64,000 nt of DNA, taken from assembly GCF_009914755.1 (NCBI RefSeq), contig NC_060938.1; one strand, written 5' to 3'. Positions 1 to 13,260 of the stretch are shown piece after piece. The position numbers were made by a program, and so were the translations under genes. The DNA is from the human T2T-CHM13v2.0 reference genome, Homo sapiens. Below the pieces are notes generated by a model. The model had not been told where the DNA came from, did no database searches, and worked only from the letters and a program-made list of their open reading frames with translations. The stretch's first letter is position 1; each line of letters starts with the position of its first letter.

Positions 1-630
1 TTCTCACCATCCTCATCGGCATTTGGTGTTATGACTGTGTTTATTGTTATGTTTTGTTTTTTGAGGAATACTAGTCAGGTATTCTGTAGAATGTCTCTCA
101 AATTGAGGACATTTGATGATTTTCTCATGGTTGTCACTAGTTTTTATTTTCTTTTAGCCATTCTAATAGGCATATATTGATAACTCTCATGATTTTAATT
201 TGTGTTTCCCTAACGGCTAATGCTGTCGCCCATTTTTTGTGAGCCTATTTGCCATCCGTATGTTCTCTTTAGAGAAATGTCTATGCATGCTTTTTGCCCA
301 TTTTCTAATTGGATTGTTTGTTTTATACCTTTGAGTTTTGAGAATTTGTTATTTTTCTAGCTATGAGTCCTTTGTCAGATATATGCTTTTCAGATATTTC
401 CTCCAAGTCTGACTTGCCTTTTCATCCTCTGAACAGGGAACTTCACAGTGCAAGTGTTCTTAATGTTGATGGAGTCCAATGTCTGATTTTTTATTTTATG
501 GATTGTGCTTTTGGTATCATGTCTAAGAACTCTCCACCAAGCCCTCAGTTTGCAAAGCTTTTCTCCTATGTTTTAAACAAAGTTGTGTAGTTTTACATTG
601 AAATCTCTGATCTATCTTAGTGAATTTTTA
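1..630 (-). mobile_element. Old L1M (L1MC/L1MD-like) 3' fragment; resumes briefly after the VNTR (~2361-2402)
   Basis: Antisense L1 ORF2 end and 3'UTR phrases (ttttagccattctaatagg, gagaaatgtcta, tcctttgtcagatat, gtatcatgtctaagaac). After the VNTR, gtggcgtccaatgcccccacaccacttgt resembles L1 gtggatatccagttttcccagcaccatttgt. Confidence 0.75.
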
Positions 631-2360
631 GATAGGATGTGAGGTTTGCATAGGACGTGAAATTTAGATAGGACTTGAGGTTTAGATAGAATGTGAGGTT
701 TAGATAGGATGCGAGGTTTAGATAGGATGCGAGGTTTAGGTAGGATGCGAGGTTTAGATAGGATGCGAGGTTTAGATAGGATGCGAGGTTTAGATAGGAT
801 GCATGGTTTAGATAGGATGCGAGGTTTAGGTAGGATGCGAGGTTTTGGTAGGATGCGTGGTTTAGATAGGATGCGTGGTTTAGATAGGATGCGTGGTTTA
901 GATAGGATGCGAGGTTTAGACAGGATGCGTCGTTTAGACAGAATGCAAGGTTTAGGTAGGATGCGAGGTTTAGATAGGATGCGAGGTTTAGATAGGATGC
1001 GTGGTTTAGATAGAATGCGAGGTTTAGGTAGGATGCGAGGTTTTGGTAGGATGCGTGGTTTAGATAGGATGCGTGGTTTAGATAGAATGCGAGGTTTAGA
1101 TAGGATGCGAGGTTTAGACAGGATGCGTCGTTTAGACAGAATGCGAGGTTTAGATAGAATGCGAGGTTTAGGTAGGATGCGAGGTTTAGATAGGATGCGA
1201 GGTTTAGACAGGATGGGAGGTTTAGATAGGATGCGTTGTTTAGGTAGGATGCGTGGTTTAGATAGGATGCGAGGTTTAGATAGGATGCGAGGTTTAGATA
1301 GGATGCGAGGTTTAGATAGGATGCGTTGTTTAGGTAGGATGCGAGGTTTAGGTAGGATGCGTGGTTTAGATAGGATGCGAGGTTTAGATAGGATGCGAGG
1401 TTTAGATAGGATGCGAGGTTTAGATAGGATGCATGGTTTAGATAGGATGCGAGGTTTAGATAGGATGCGAGGTTTAGACAGGATGCGTCGTTTAGACAGA
1501 ATGCGAGGTTTAGATAGAATGCGAGGTTTTGGTAGGATGCGAGGTTTAGATAGGATGCGAGGTTTAGGTAGGATGCGAGGTTTTGGTAGGATGCGTGGTT
1601 TAGATAGGATGCCTGGTTTAGATAGGATGCGAGGTTTAGATAGGATGCGTGGTTTAGATAGAATGCGAGGTTTAGGTAGGATGCGAGGTTTTGGTAGGAT
1701 GCGTGGTTTAGATAGGATGCGTGGTTTAGATAGGATGCGAGGTTTAGATAGGATGCGAGGTTTAGATAGGATGCGAGGTTTAGACAGGATGGGAGGTTTA
1801 GATAGGATGCGTTGTTTAGGTAGGATGTGTGGTTTAGATAGGATGCGAGGTTTAGACAGGATGCGTCGTTTAGACAGAATGCGAGGTTTAGATAGATTGC
1901 GAGGTTTTGGTAGGATGCGAGGTTTAGATAGGATGCGAGGTTTAGATAGGATGCGAGGTTTAGATAGGATGCGTTGTTTAGGTAGGATGCGTGGTTTAGA
2001 TAGGATGCGAGGTTTAGATAGGATGCCTGGTTTAGATAGGATGCGAGGTTTAGACAGGATGGGAGGTTTAGATAGGATTCGAGGTTTAGACAGGATGCGT
2101 CGTTTAGACAGAATGCGAGGTTTAGATAGAATGCGAGGTTTTGATAGGATGCGTGGTTTAGATAGGATGCGAGGTTTAGATAGGATGCGAGGTTTAGACA
2201 GGATGGGAGGTTTAGATAGGATGCGTTGTTTAGGTAGGATGTGTGGTTTAGATAGGATGCGAGGTTTAGATAGGATGCGAGGTTTAGATAAACGATGCGT
2301 GGTTTAGATAGGATGCGAGGTTTAGATAGGATGCGAGGTTTAGATAGGACGTGAGGTTTG
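631..2360 (+). repeat. 18-bp minisatellite (VNTR), consensus GATAGGATGCGAGGTTTA, about 96 copies
   Basis: Directly visible period-18 array: 92 in-register units (631-2286), one 20-bp variant unit (2287-2306), then 3 more units. Variant units recur in blocks. Confidence 0.98.
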
Positions 2361-2399
2361 TTTTATGCCTGTGGCGTCCAATGCCCCCCACACCACTTG

Positions 2400-3560
2400 T
2401 AGAACTCCTCCCGTAGTTTTCATGCCTTCATCTTCTGCATCTTCCCACTCTAGGCTCAGAGACAGACCTGCATCTGTTCCCCAGAGCCCCCAGCTTTTCG
2501 CTCAGCCTGCCTCCTCAACTCCCACATGTCTCAGGAAGACACCACTGCCTCACAGGTAGCCCTCCATTCCTGGAGGCACCGTAGGCCCTTCACAAGTTGC
2601 TCTTCGTCCACTTGGTGCACCTTGAGGAGAGGACAAGGCTGTGTCTAGGAGTGCCATCCAGCCGCCCCTGCCCCTCATCCTCTGAGCCCACATCCTCAGA
2701 CTCCATCTCTGACCCCAGCTTCCCATCCTCCCAGCTCTCTCACTGCAAACCTCCAGCCTCCGCAGGACCCTCCTTGGTGAACCCCTCTCCCCAGCCCCCG
2801 GCACCCCAAGGCCTTTCCTCTCCACTTCGTCCTGTGGATCCAATCATCCCTGTGGAAGGACGATGGGAAAATCTGCCTCTTGGGGCCTCAGATTTCCAGA
2901 TCTAAGTTCCAGCTGCCAAGAGGACACAACACAGGGTTCTCAGAGCCGCCGCACCCTAATTTCATCTCCCCGCACTGCCCCCACCCCACAAACCCCCGGG
3001 AGCTCCATATGGTGAACGGCATGTCAGGGACGCTGCCTCCCAAGCAGCACCCTCCGGATGTCTCTGCTCCTGCCCTATGGACGGTGAGTCCATCCCAGGC
3101 GTGCTTCGAGTCCTCCACAGTCTCCCCCAACTCTACCTACTGCCCCGCATCGCTCTGTGCCCCTCTCCAGGCCTCAGCCTGTCCTGGACCTTCTGGTTCT
3201 GATGACCCTCGGCCTGCTGCCTTCCAGCCCATGCCTAGCACTGCAGCCAGAGTGCACTCCAGGTCTCCTCTCCTGCAATGAGGGTCCACCCCAGCGCCAA
3301 GTCCCAGACCCCACCTCCCACCACGCGATGCCCTGGGGGGCTCGGCCTCCGCCCACCTCCCCAGCCGCCCCTCCCTCCAGTGTGTGTCCTTGCTTGCACC
3401 TGTGCCTCTCCTTTCTGGGACTCTACCCATTCCACCACCTCTTCCATTGGTCAGTCCTTATGCAGTCTCCAGGTCTCTGCTTTGAATTACATTTTCTCTG
3501 AAGCTTCTGCTCAGTGACCAGGTGTCCTGTGTCCCCACCAGGAACTGTTTCTTAACGTCT
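2400..3560 (+). mobile_element. Highly decayed L2 LINE remnant
   Basis: C/T-rich strand skew and L2-like phrases (ctccatctctgaccccagcttccc, tgtcctgtgtccccacc). Boundaries approximate. Confidence 0.45.
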
Positions 3561-6169
3561 GTCTCAGGAGAAGGCTGTCAGATACATGAGGACTGGTCTC
3601 CTCCCTCTCCAGGCCTCAATTTCCCCCTCTGCTCCTCGAGGTCGGGGTCTGAGTTCTATCACACTCTGTATCTTGGTGGGTCTCAGAACCTGGTGCGGGG
3701 GTCGGGGGGTGTTGGGGAAACCTATGTTAAATGAGAGAAGATGGATAGAGAGAAAAACTCGAGACCAGAATAACGGGAGAGGGTGCAAACACAAGACAAT
3801 TCCACTCAAACAGAGCCCAGCTGGAATCCTGGAGGAACCCTGGGTTCACAGGGAGGGGACAAACTAGATGGGATCCACAGCACACCCCGGGCACCCCAGA
3901 TGAGGGCAAACAGGCCTCTCAGGGCCAGGAGGGATGATTCCTCTGGAGACTTCCAAGCCATGGCCCTCCCCTTCTCCCCGGGGCCAGGCACTGCTTGGGC
4001 AGGTGGCAAGGAGGTTTCCCTGTGCTCCCAGAACCTGACACAGGCCTGGCCCACGGGGAACCGTCAGGTGTAAGGAAGGGGCACTGCCCAATTGTAGAGG
4101 ACAAGGGACAGGAGCAAGGCCTGCACAGAGCTGCATGGGGCTACAAATGGTCCCCTGGAAAGACGGGAGGCACTGGACTAGCAGGGGCGGCCTACGCAGG
4201 CGTTGTCATGGCCCATCTGGTGGTCCCTGGTCGGAGAAGCTGGGAAAGAGCAGCCCCTCCAGAAGGGCTTTTTTGACCTAAGGTGACATCAGTCGGCACC
4301 CTACAGATTCCCCCACTACCATCCTTCCCACCTCCAACAACCAACATCCAGCAGAAAACATCTGCCCAGACTTCTTAAGAGGGATGGAGACGAGCCATCT
4401 GTGGTAGACCACCACTCTCTGAGCTGGTCGTGTTCTCAAAATTGCCCTATCTCTAATGCTTGCCAGAGACAGTTACGGGGCCAGCCGCCCTGGGGTGGCT
4501 GTAAGCGGGAATGGCTGGGGCCTAAAACCCAGTAGCAGGAGCCCCGAGACCAGGCCACAGCAGCCAGGTGCCTGGGGAGGTGAGACAGCAACCCTGCCTG
4601 CCACGCCCTCCCCACGGGCTGCATGGGGAGCACATCCTCTGCCTCTTCTGGCACAGGGCGGTGGCTCCTGGTGAATTTCAGGGTTAGCATGGGCATAACA
4701 TGCCACATGTGTGTACGTGGGTTTGGAGGTGAGGAGGGGGATTCCACCCCAGGGAACCACTGACCATCCATCTCTGTCCTGGTCAACAGGAAGGAGGCTG
4801 TTTGGGGGAGCTTCCCCGGGGGCTGTGGCCCTCACTTCCAGAACCGTGCCATGGCAGGGCTCTCCCAGGATGCAGGTGCCATGAGGGTCTCGATCCTCCT
4901 TTTAGAGAAGGGAAGGTGGGTGAGGCCAAGATCAGGAGAACATTGTTAGAACTGTCTGGTGTTGGGCGGAGGGTGGTAACCGTGGGCCCTTCACTGTCCT
5001 CTGTTCTGTGATCTGCTTTCGGAGGGCAGGACCAGCCATGTGATTCGTGGGGCTCTGTGCAAAATGGGAATGTGGGCTCCTTATCAGGAACTTCAAGATA
5101 GAGACAGCAGAACATCCAACCCCAAGAGCCGGGCCCTGTTGCACATCCAGGAAGCCGGCTCAGCTTGGGGGCCCCAAATATAAACTTGCCTCCCTGCCCA
5201 AAGAGATGGATGCCAGTTTACAAAAGTGGCCTCCTTTTGCTGTTGTATAAATTCACACATCACCCAAATGTTCTTCATCTAGAACCACCTCCTCCTGCCG
5301 ACTTCAACTTGTGGGGTGCATTGAGCAGTGGATCTCCGCTCAGGGGCAATGTCAAGGGTTCTGGTCTCTCATCTCTCTCCTTTATAAAGTAGGGGTGCTG
5401 CACTCAACCAGGGCTGCTCCGCTCTGTGTGGACCAGGGCGGGGTCTGAGTCAGCATCACCCTGCCCGGTTCTGAGGGCAGGGCCTGGGGAGACCACGAGA
5501 GCCCACCCCGCCCTGACGCTGTCCTCCCATCCTTCTGGCCCTAACATTGAGTTCTGTTTCTCTTCCCTGGCATGGTGTTTTTAACAAGAATCCCACATCT
5601 TTGGACCAAACCCGGCTGTTACCCTGAAGGCCACCAATAAATTTCTTAGGCAAATAAAATTGACTGAAAATTAGCATAAGAAGTCTTAAATTAACAGGAT
5701 GTAATTTTATGAGTATTTCACAAACTAGTCAAAGATGTATGTCAGCCCGGGGTGAGTCAACACTTTCAAGTGTCTTTCATTATATAATGCTGCTAATTTT
5801 TTTCAAATGTAAGCAATGTGCTTTCTTCCTAAACATCGTGTTCTTTGTTCTGCAATTTGGAAAAATAAATTCCCTTTAAAGCACTGCTTTGCTCAACCAC
5901 AAAACAAGGTAGGGAGGCCAGATCAGAGGTGCCCTGGCCCCCCTCTGTCTAGATAGCCCCCAGCCACACAGTGGAGGCGCTTGCTTCCTGCAGAGGAGAC
6001 TCCACACTCAGGGTCATGGGAGCTGGCACTGGAAAGCTTCCAGACGGAGGCTGCGCGCAAGGTGCTGACTCCTACGGTGACGGGCGTTAGCTGGGAAAAG
6101 GCGAGCACTCCCGCCTTCTGTCTGCAATGCAAGGCAGCACGCAGGATTCCCAGGGTCTCAGCCACAGGT

Positions 6170-7200
6170 GCAGGGCAGTGCATGTTCCACATCTGCTGAG
6201 CTCCTGCAGGCCCCAAGCTCTGTGCTAGGTGCTGGGGGTGCAGAGGCAGGTAAACCCCGGCCCCACCCCCAAGAGCTCACAGTCTAGGTTAGGAGACGAG
6301 CAGCTGGTAGCTGCCACATGTGATCAGGGTGGACAAGGGGGCCTGCCTGGACCACCTTGGAGCACACGAAGGAGGCCACTTCCAAGCCCACGGCCTGAGA
6401 AGGTTGCAGATGGGGCAAGCTTGAAGGACGTCTTAGAGCATGAGCCAGCACTCACTGGGGATGGAGGAGGTATGATGGAGTTGAGGGGACAAGGACCCTG
6501 CAAACAGAGCGGACCCCGGTTCACACCGATGCTTACCCTGAGCATCCCCCATGTACCAGGAAGACATGCGGTGGCAGCGTCCTTGGGCAGTGGCTGTCCT
6601 AGGTGCCCGGGTTACTGAGTGACACTCACGAAAGTGTGCTGGAAGATTCTGACTCAGCTCTGCAATGCCATATTTAGCTTGCCAAGGATGCGGGCTGGTG
6701 TGTGAAGTCTAGAGGTCAAAGGTGGTCCAAGGAGGAGACCCTCAGACGGTGGTGGGGGCTTGGGACCAGATGAAGTTCCCCAGGGCGATGCAGAGATGCA
6801 GGAAGAGCACCCAGAACAAAGCCCTTGGAAATCCAACCTCAGGGCCCAGGGGGAGGGTGGGCAGCAATGAGGCTGGAAAGGCGTGGCCAGTCTCAGGCAG
6901 GGAAGGACCAGGACCAGGACCAGAAGAAGGCAGGAGCTCAAGGAGGGAGGGAACAAGAAGCTGGGATCTGACAGCATGGAGACCATCAGGACCATGGCCA
7001 CAGGACTCTGGAGTGTGGTGAGGAGGAGCCCCGTGGGTGTGGGCCAAGGAGGTGCTAGGGAACGAGGGAGTGGGCTGTTCCTTGTCTCATGTCTCCCTCC
7101 CTCTCCAACCATGATCCTGAGCCCTCATCTGTGCCCTGGGCCAAGTGCTGGGAACAGAGCAGTGAATTCAGTCCACTCAGTCTATGGCCCTTGGAGCTCC
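6170..7200 (-). mobile_element. L2 LINE 3' fragments
   Basis: aagctctgtgctaggtgctgggg...caagagctcacagtctagg and gccaagtgctgggaacagagcagtgaa resemble the L2 3' end in antisense. Confidence 0.55.
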
Positions 7201-9312
7201 CAGGGCAGAGCAGCTAAGCCCTGTTGAATCCTGGTGTGATTGAGTAGCCATGACCAGGAGAACGTGGCCACCTTGGAGCCCACCCCACTGGCCTTGGGCC
7301 GGCCCGGGTCTGCATGTGGCTTCTACCATCTCACTGTCTTCCACTAGCAGACAGCATGAAGCGCCCACCAAAAGTGGCCAAGCTGAACAAGGAAGTCCCC
7401 TGGGCTGTGGGTTTTAGATTCGCAGAGGCCAAGCAAGAGGGAAGAACTGGGCCTCTTCCTGCCTCACCATCCACAGCTTGCCCACTCATCCCCCTGATCT
7501 GGTGCCCGTGGCACTGAGTGGAACCTCATGGCCCACTGTGAGCTGAGCTGCAGAGGACCCGCAGGGCTCCGCTCACACCACAAATCCTCTCTGTGCCTGC
7601 CCGCATAGTGTGCACAAAATGCCGGTCCATTCCAGCCCACCATTGGGCGTATCTGTACCCATCAGGTAAAGGAGCATGAGAGACATCTCCTGAGTACTGC
7701 GAAGGTCTGGGGGGACATACACTCCAATGAGAGAGGGGGGAAGTGCATCAGAAGTATCAGAGCCTCCTATGCCATGGAAACGGTCCCCCCTTCTTGTACA
7801 AACGTCCCATTAAAGGAGGGAAGTCCCTTCCCTGACAACAGGCAGCTTCCGGGGGACAGGCAGGAAGTGGGTTAGGAGCCACAGGCCTTGCATGCCGGCC
7901 GCACCTCTGCTTTTATCACACTGTGTGCTAAACAGTTTTTTCCTCCAGCCTCCTTGCCTCGGTTTCCCCTTCCGTGCAAAGCCAGGGGCATGACCTCTAT
8001 GGGATTTGCCCACTCTAACCATTCCAGAGCACCCTGGAATCCACACAGGATGAGGACTGATAAATATCCGTGCCTTTGCTCTTGCCACTGAAATCTTAGC
8101 TGAACCTCTCTGCAGGACGTTCAGGTCCCATCGCCTTCACCCTAGTGGCCACTGTCACCCTCCATGAGGCCCTTTTGGGGCAGCAGACAGAGTGGAAGAT
8201 CTTGTTCTGAAGTTCCGCAGCCAAGCAGGTGAGAACAGATTGGGGGACCTAAAACCCGATTCATCCCAAACCTTGCCAGCTGCAATGTCCTGTGCACCTG
8301 GCTGTGTGTGCTCAGGTGACTTCCATGTGCTTGCTGCCCAATGCCAGGGCCCTCCTGTGACAAAGACACCACCATCCACACCCAACAGAAGAGAAAGACA
8401 GGCCTTGCAGGAGCCAGCTGACCTGCTGTGGGACAGAGAAGCCTCCATCCAGACCCACTTGCTGATCTCACTCTTCAATTCTCCCTCTTAGCCCATGAGC
8501 TCAGGCCCCTGGGGGGACCTCTCAAATATGGAAATAAGGGGAACAAAACCTCCTTCTGAGAGTGTAGCATCAACCGAGTGCAGGAAGGTTTGGAGGGCAG
8601 AGATGCAGGTCACTGCATGGGTAAAGTTGGCACCCCCGTGGTTAAATGTTGACTCAAATCAGACTAGAGCAAGACTGTGTCATCGAAGCAAGCCTGGGTC
8701 ACCTGGGGAGGTCCCAAGGAGGCAGACGGGAGGGACAGGCTGACAGCATCGGCCACCCCCATCTCGGGAGACCGAGCGGGTGGGTTTCTGGGGTGTGCAG
8801 TCAACATGAAACAGTCTCCAGGTGGCTCCCATCCCGTCACACCGGCAGGGCCGGACGCCGTGCTGCAGCCTGTGCAGTTCTCTCAGTCCAGGGCAAGTAA
8901 ACAACAGCCTGCCTAGCTCCCCACCTTCACTCCGGCTCCATGCCAGCCCCAGGCCTGGCCCTAATGGGCCATCCCACGGACCCCCAGCTATGGAGAGTAC
9001 GCGGGTCGTGCCCACACGCGTCCAGGCCACACGACAGGCTGTGCTGCCTGCTGAACATTAGCACGCTGGCACCTGGTTTTATGAACCTGGCGCTGAAGAG
9101 TCCACCTCTGAGGCACCAGGCGGGGTGCAAGCCAGGCCCTGGACATGGGAAATTCCTCAGGGCTGTGAGAGACAGCCTGGCAGCCTCCAGTCTCACCGTG
9201 GGCCGGAAACACTGGCTCCTAACCTGTTTTGTTGCAAGCTCACACAATTATGTCCTGTTCCCTTTTCCCTCTTATTCCTATTTTGGTGGTGGTCATTGTT
9301 GTTGTTGTTGTT

Positions 9313-9722
<410 letters not shown>

Positions 9723-9940
9723 TGAGACCTCGAATGGCCTGCCGTGCACAGAGGCTGAACAGGCTGCCTCCAGAGGAAAGGTGCTTCCCATATTTTTGAA
9801 CCTGCAATTAGAAAACAGACTACAGCTATTTGAGGGGATACAGATATTGGGGTAGGAGTGGTAATAGGTGTTTCAATGGCCCCCAAAGGCCAGTATTGGT
9901 AAATCGGAGAATGTAGAGCCATTGGAGGATGCTGAACAGG

Positions 9941-10303
9941 GATGAATGCGTCTACTGGGGCTCCCATAACAAACTACCAGGCCGGGGGCTTAAACCACAG
10001 AGCTAGAAATCCAAGATCAGGGTATCAGTGGGCTGATTTCTTCTGAGTCCTCTCTCCTTGGCTTGTAGATACCGTCTTCTCTCTGTGTCCTCACGCGGTC
10101 TTCCCTCTGTGCCTGTGTGTGTCCTAATCTCCTCTTCTGATAAGGAAGACACCAGTCTATGGGATTAGGGTCCACCCTAAAGACCTGGTTTGAATTGATC
10201 ACCTCTTAAAAACCCTGCCTCCAAACGCAATCCCATTCTGAGCCCCAAAGGTTTTAGGGATTCAACACAGGAATCTTTGGAAAGACACCATTTGGCCTGT
10301 AAC
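9941..10303 (-). mobile_element. MaLR solo LTR (MLT1B/MLT1C-like)
   Basis: ccataacaaactacca...ggcttaaac, gtcctaatctcctcttct...attagggtccacccta, ends taaca. Confidence 0.75.
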
Positions 10304-11499
10304 AGGAGATGAAAGTTGTGTTTAAATAATTTGAAAACGAAGAAATGGAACATAAGGTTGAAAAATTGCCCTTCCCCGCAAGTCCTTTGTTCTGGGAGGG
10401 CTGGGAGCTGTGAGTGAGCTGGCTGGGAGAGCCGGCCCTGGCTGATTAAGAGGTACGAGCTCTCAGCAAGACACATCCAGTGATAAACGGGGATACACTG
10501 CATATCAAGTGCATTAATCTGCCCTGAAATCAGCCAAGTATTCATCATGATGATGCCATTTTTCCAGGAAAATGAAATAATTGCAGCCCAGGTGGGAGGA
10601 CCTTAGTCATCACCTCATTATTCTGCCCTTAATACATCCTTAAGGGCCCTCGCTCAGCTTAGCAGCCCCAGGCGGGATGAATTCCATGGCAATGGACACT
10701 CAAGAAGCCTCTTTTTCATGTCCAGGGACAGCGGGACTCTGACAGCTGAGAGCTGGTGGGCGGCTGTCTCAGTTCCCTTCTCTGGACAAGAGCTTCTCCA
10801 GTTTTCTGTATAACGACCCACTCCAACAGAGTGTCAGGGCAGTTGAAAAGTTGATCAGATCTTCTCACTCTCCAGCCTGTGGCCAGATCTTAGAACTTCT
10901 AAAGTTATGAAGAAGAGGATAACCAGGGCCGGGTTCCCCCGCTGAAGCTCTGCATTGGTCAGCTTGAGTGGGGCTACGCTCCAGAAACAGGCAGCCCCCA
11001 GAGTTCAGTGGTTTCCAACCACCTCTGTTGCTTTCTCACTCACCCCACAATCCATATTAGTGGCCCTGTTGTCCCTGCTCTGGATATGGGTGGTCCTCAC
11101 AGTCCTCATCCCCACACTGCTGGCCTTGAGGCCGTGGAGAAGCACCCACTGGCTCTGGAAGCCGCTCCCTGAAAGTGAAACACAATGTACCCACCCACAC
11201 GTCGTTGGCCGAGCCAAGTCCTGTGGCCAGCCTTGACGTCAACAGCATGGAGAATGTAATCTTCCTGCAGAGAGGAACAGCAGATAGTTGGAACAATATA
11301 ACCACCTGCCACAGGCTGGAAGCTTGCCTCCCCCACCTTCCTCTCGCCCCCCAGGGAAGGTCCTTTCCGTAGAGTCCTCTGGGAGGGAACTGCACCCAGC
11401 CTGCTAGTTCCAGCATGGAGGAATGCCCACGGGGACACAGCTGAGGGTTAGGGACGCAGAGGTGGCTTTCTCAGAGCAGTCGCCCAGACCTCTGGAAGG

Positions 11500-12840
11500 A
11501 GCAGCGTCCGTGGAGACCAACCATCACATATCCTTTATTTATATATGTTTGAGATGTGCACTTAAGTTCAGACAGCTGAATTCACCCTACTCCTTACTCT
11601 ATGGCACAACATTACCAATTGCCTATCATATTTTATGTCACCAATTCTCACCTTCTGTTCCCCATCCTCATCCCCACCATACTCGTGGGAAGGTTTCATA
11701 TATGTTCTTGAATGGGTGTTTAACTTTGAAACACATGTAGCTTGTTTTTGTGTGTAAGTACTGCTTCCAATGTGAGTATGTTTTGTTGTGCCATCGAGCT
11801 CCTGCTTCTCACTTTTTTCATTCAACAATATGCCTTAAAAATCTGTCTGTGCTGCTTGTGGCTGTGTAGACTTCTAGTTCAGGGATTTTGACAATTTCAC
11901 GGAATTCTGCACTGTGCATCTTCATTGTACTTACCCATGCCCCGGGGGTGGACACTTAAGTTGTCATCTCTGCAAAAGGAGCTGGGACAATGATGCCTTT
12001 GGTGTCCCCTGGCCCCTGGATCCGTGCTTGAGTTTCTCAGGGGCATGTTTTAAGGAGGGGGATTGTTGAGTCAAGAGCCACACAAAGTAACGTGTTAAGT
12101 GCAGCCAGATCACTATCAGCTGCTCCCAGCAACAATGAGTTAGGCTCCTGTTTCCTCACAGCTCGGTCAACATTAGTGTTACCCAACAATTTTTGTTTTT
12201 TGCAAAATTGGTATCTTATTATTTTTGCATCTCCCTCCCAAATTGCTATTGAAATTGAGTATCACTTCAAGTACTTGTTAGCTTTTCAGATTTCCCTTCT
12301 CCGAATTGCCCACTGTTTTCTGCAGGTCTCCCATCTCTTCCTCATTGATTTCTGACAGTCCCTTGTATGTTCTAGATAGTAATCCTTTATCAATGCCAGC
12401 GTTGTAAATAGCATATTACAGTCCGTAGCCCTCCATTAACTTTGAGTCTATTTTCTGCGGATGAAATATTTAATTCTGACTTAGTCAACCCCATTAGCAT
12501 TTTATTCTATAGGCTGTGCTTTGTCAAAGACCCTATTTAAGAAGCCTCGCCTCCACCTGAAAATCACAGGGTATTCTGCACACTTCTAATTAATATTATA
12601 GTTTTATCCTCACACATAGTATTTTAATCCATTTATATTTAACCCATCCAGACTCTCTATGTGTGTGGTATGAGGTGTTAGGAAATCAATCTAATTCTCT
12701 CTCTGTACAGTGAGTCAGTTTTCCCTACATAGACAATAAAATAATGTATCCCCTCCCCTCTGGCTGGTGACTCCACCTCTATCACACACTATGTTTCCTG
12801 TGTGAAGGATACGGCTTTAAGCCCTCGATTCTGTTTTCAT
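11500..12840 (-). mobile_element. Old L1ME-like 3' fragment
   Basis: T-rich antisense L1 3' phrases (ttcattcaacaatatg, ttctagatagtaatcctttatc, gtggtatgagg). Confidence 0.6.
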
Positions 12841-12848
12841 TACTATGA

Positions 12849-13260
12849 TGTGGTAAGTGGAATTCTAAGATGCCCCCTAGAATGCATATGATCTCTTCTC
12901 CTTGAGCGCAAGGGCCCCCTGTGACCTCTGGAGGGGTATCCTCCTTTGATTAGGTGACTAATCGGGTGACTTGGAGTTAATAAAAAAAGGAGACAATCCC
13001 TGGAGCCTGCATCAAGTGAGCCCTGGGCCCTCCCTGAAAGACATTTGAGGTGTGAGAGGGCTCAGATGAGAGGAAGCATCCCCATGTTTGGCTTTTGGGT
13101 TTTGAAGATGAAGGGGCCACCTGGCAGGAATGCAGGCGACCTCCAGGAGCTGAGGGTCAGCAAGGAATGAGGGCCTCATCCCTACAGCCACAAGGAGCTC
13201 AATCCAGCCAGCATATGAATGGGCTGGGAAACGTGTTCTTCCCTGGGGCCATCACATAGG
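12849..13260 (+). mobile_element. MaLR LTR (MLT1E/F-like), 3' truncated
   Basis: Starts tgtggtaagtggaattctaagatgcccc; contains gaagatgaaggggccac...ctccaggagctgag...ctacagccacaaggag. Confidence 0.65.

Noticed and set aside
709-2307. 532-aa ORF as a bona fide protein-coding gene
   Set aside because: It is a translation of an 18-bp VNTR within L1 sequence, with no promoter, splice or unique-domain evidence. Kept only as a speculative finding.
631-2360. CRISPR-like array or telomeric repeat
   Set aside because: There are no unique spacers and the context is primate DNA; the occasional TTTAGG hexamers are not TTAGGG arrays.
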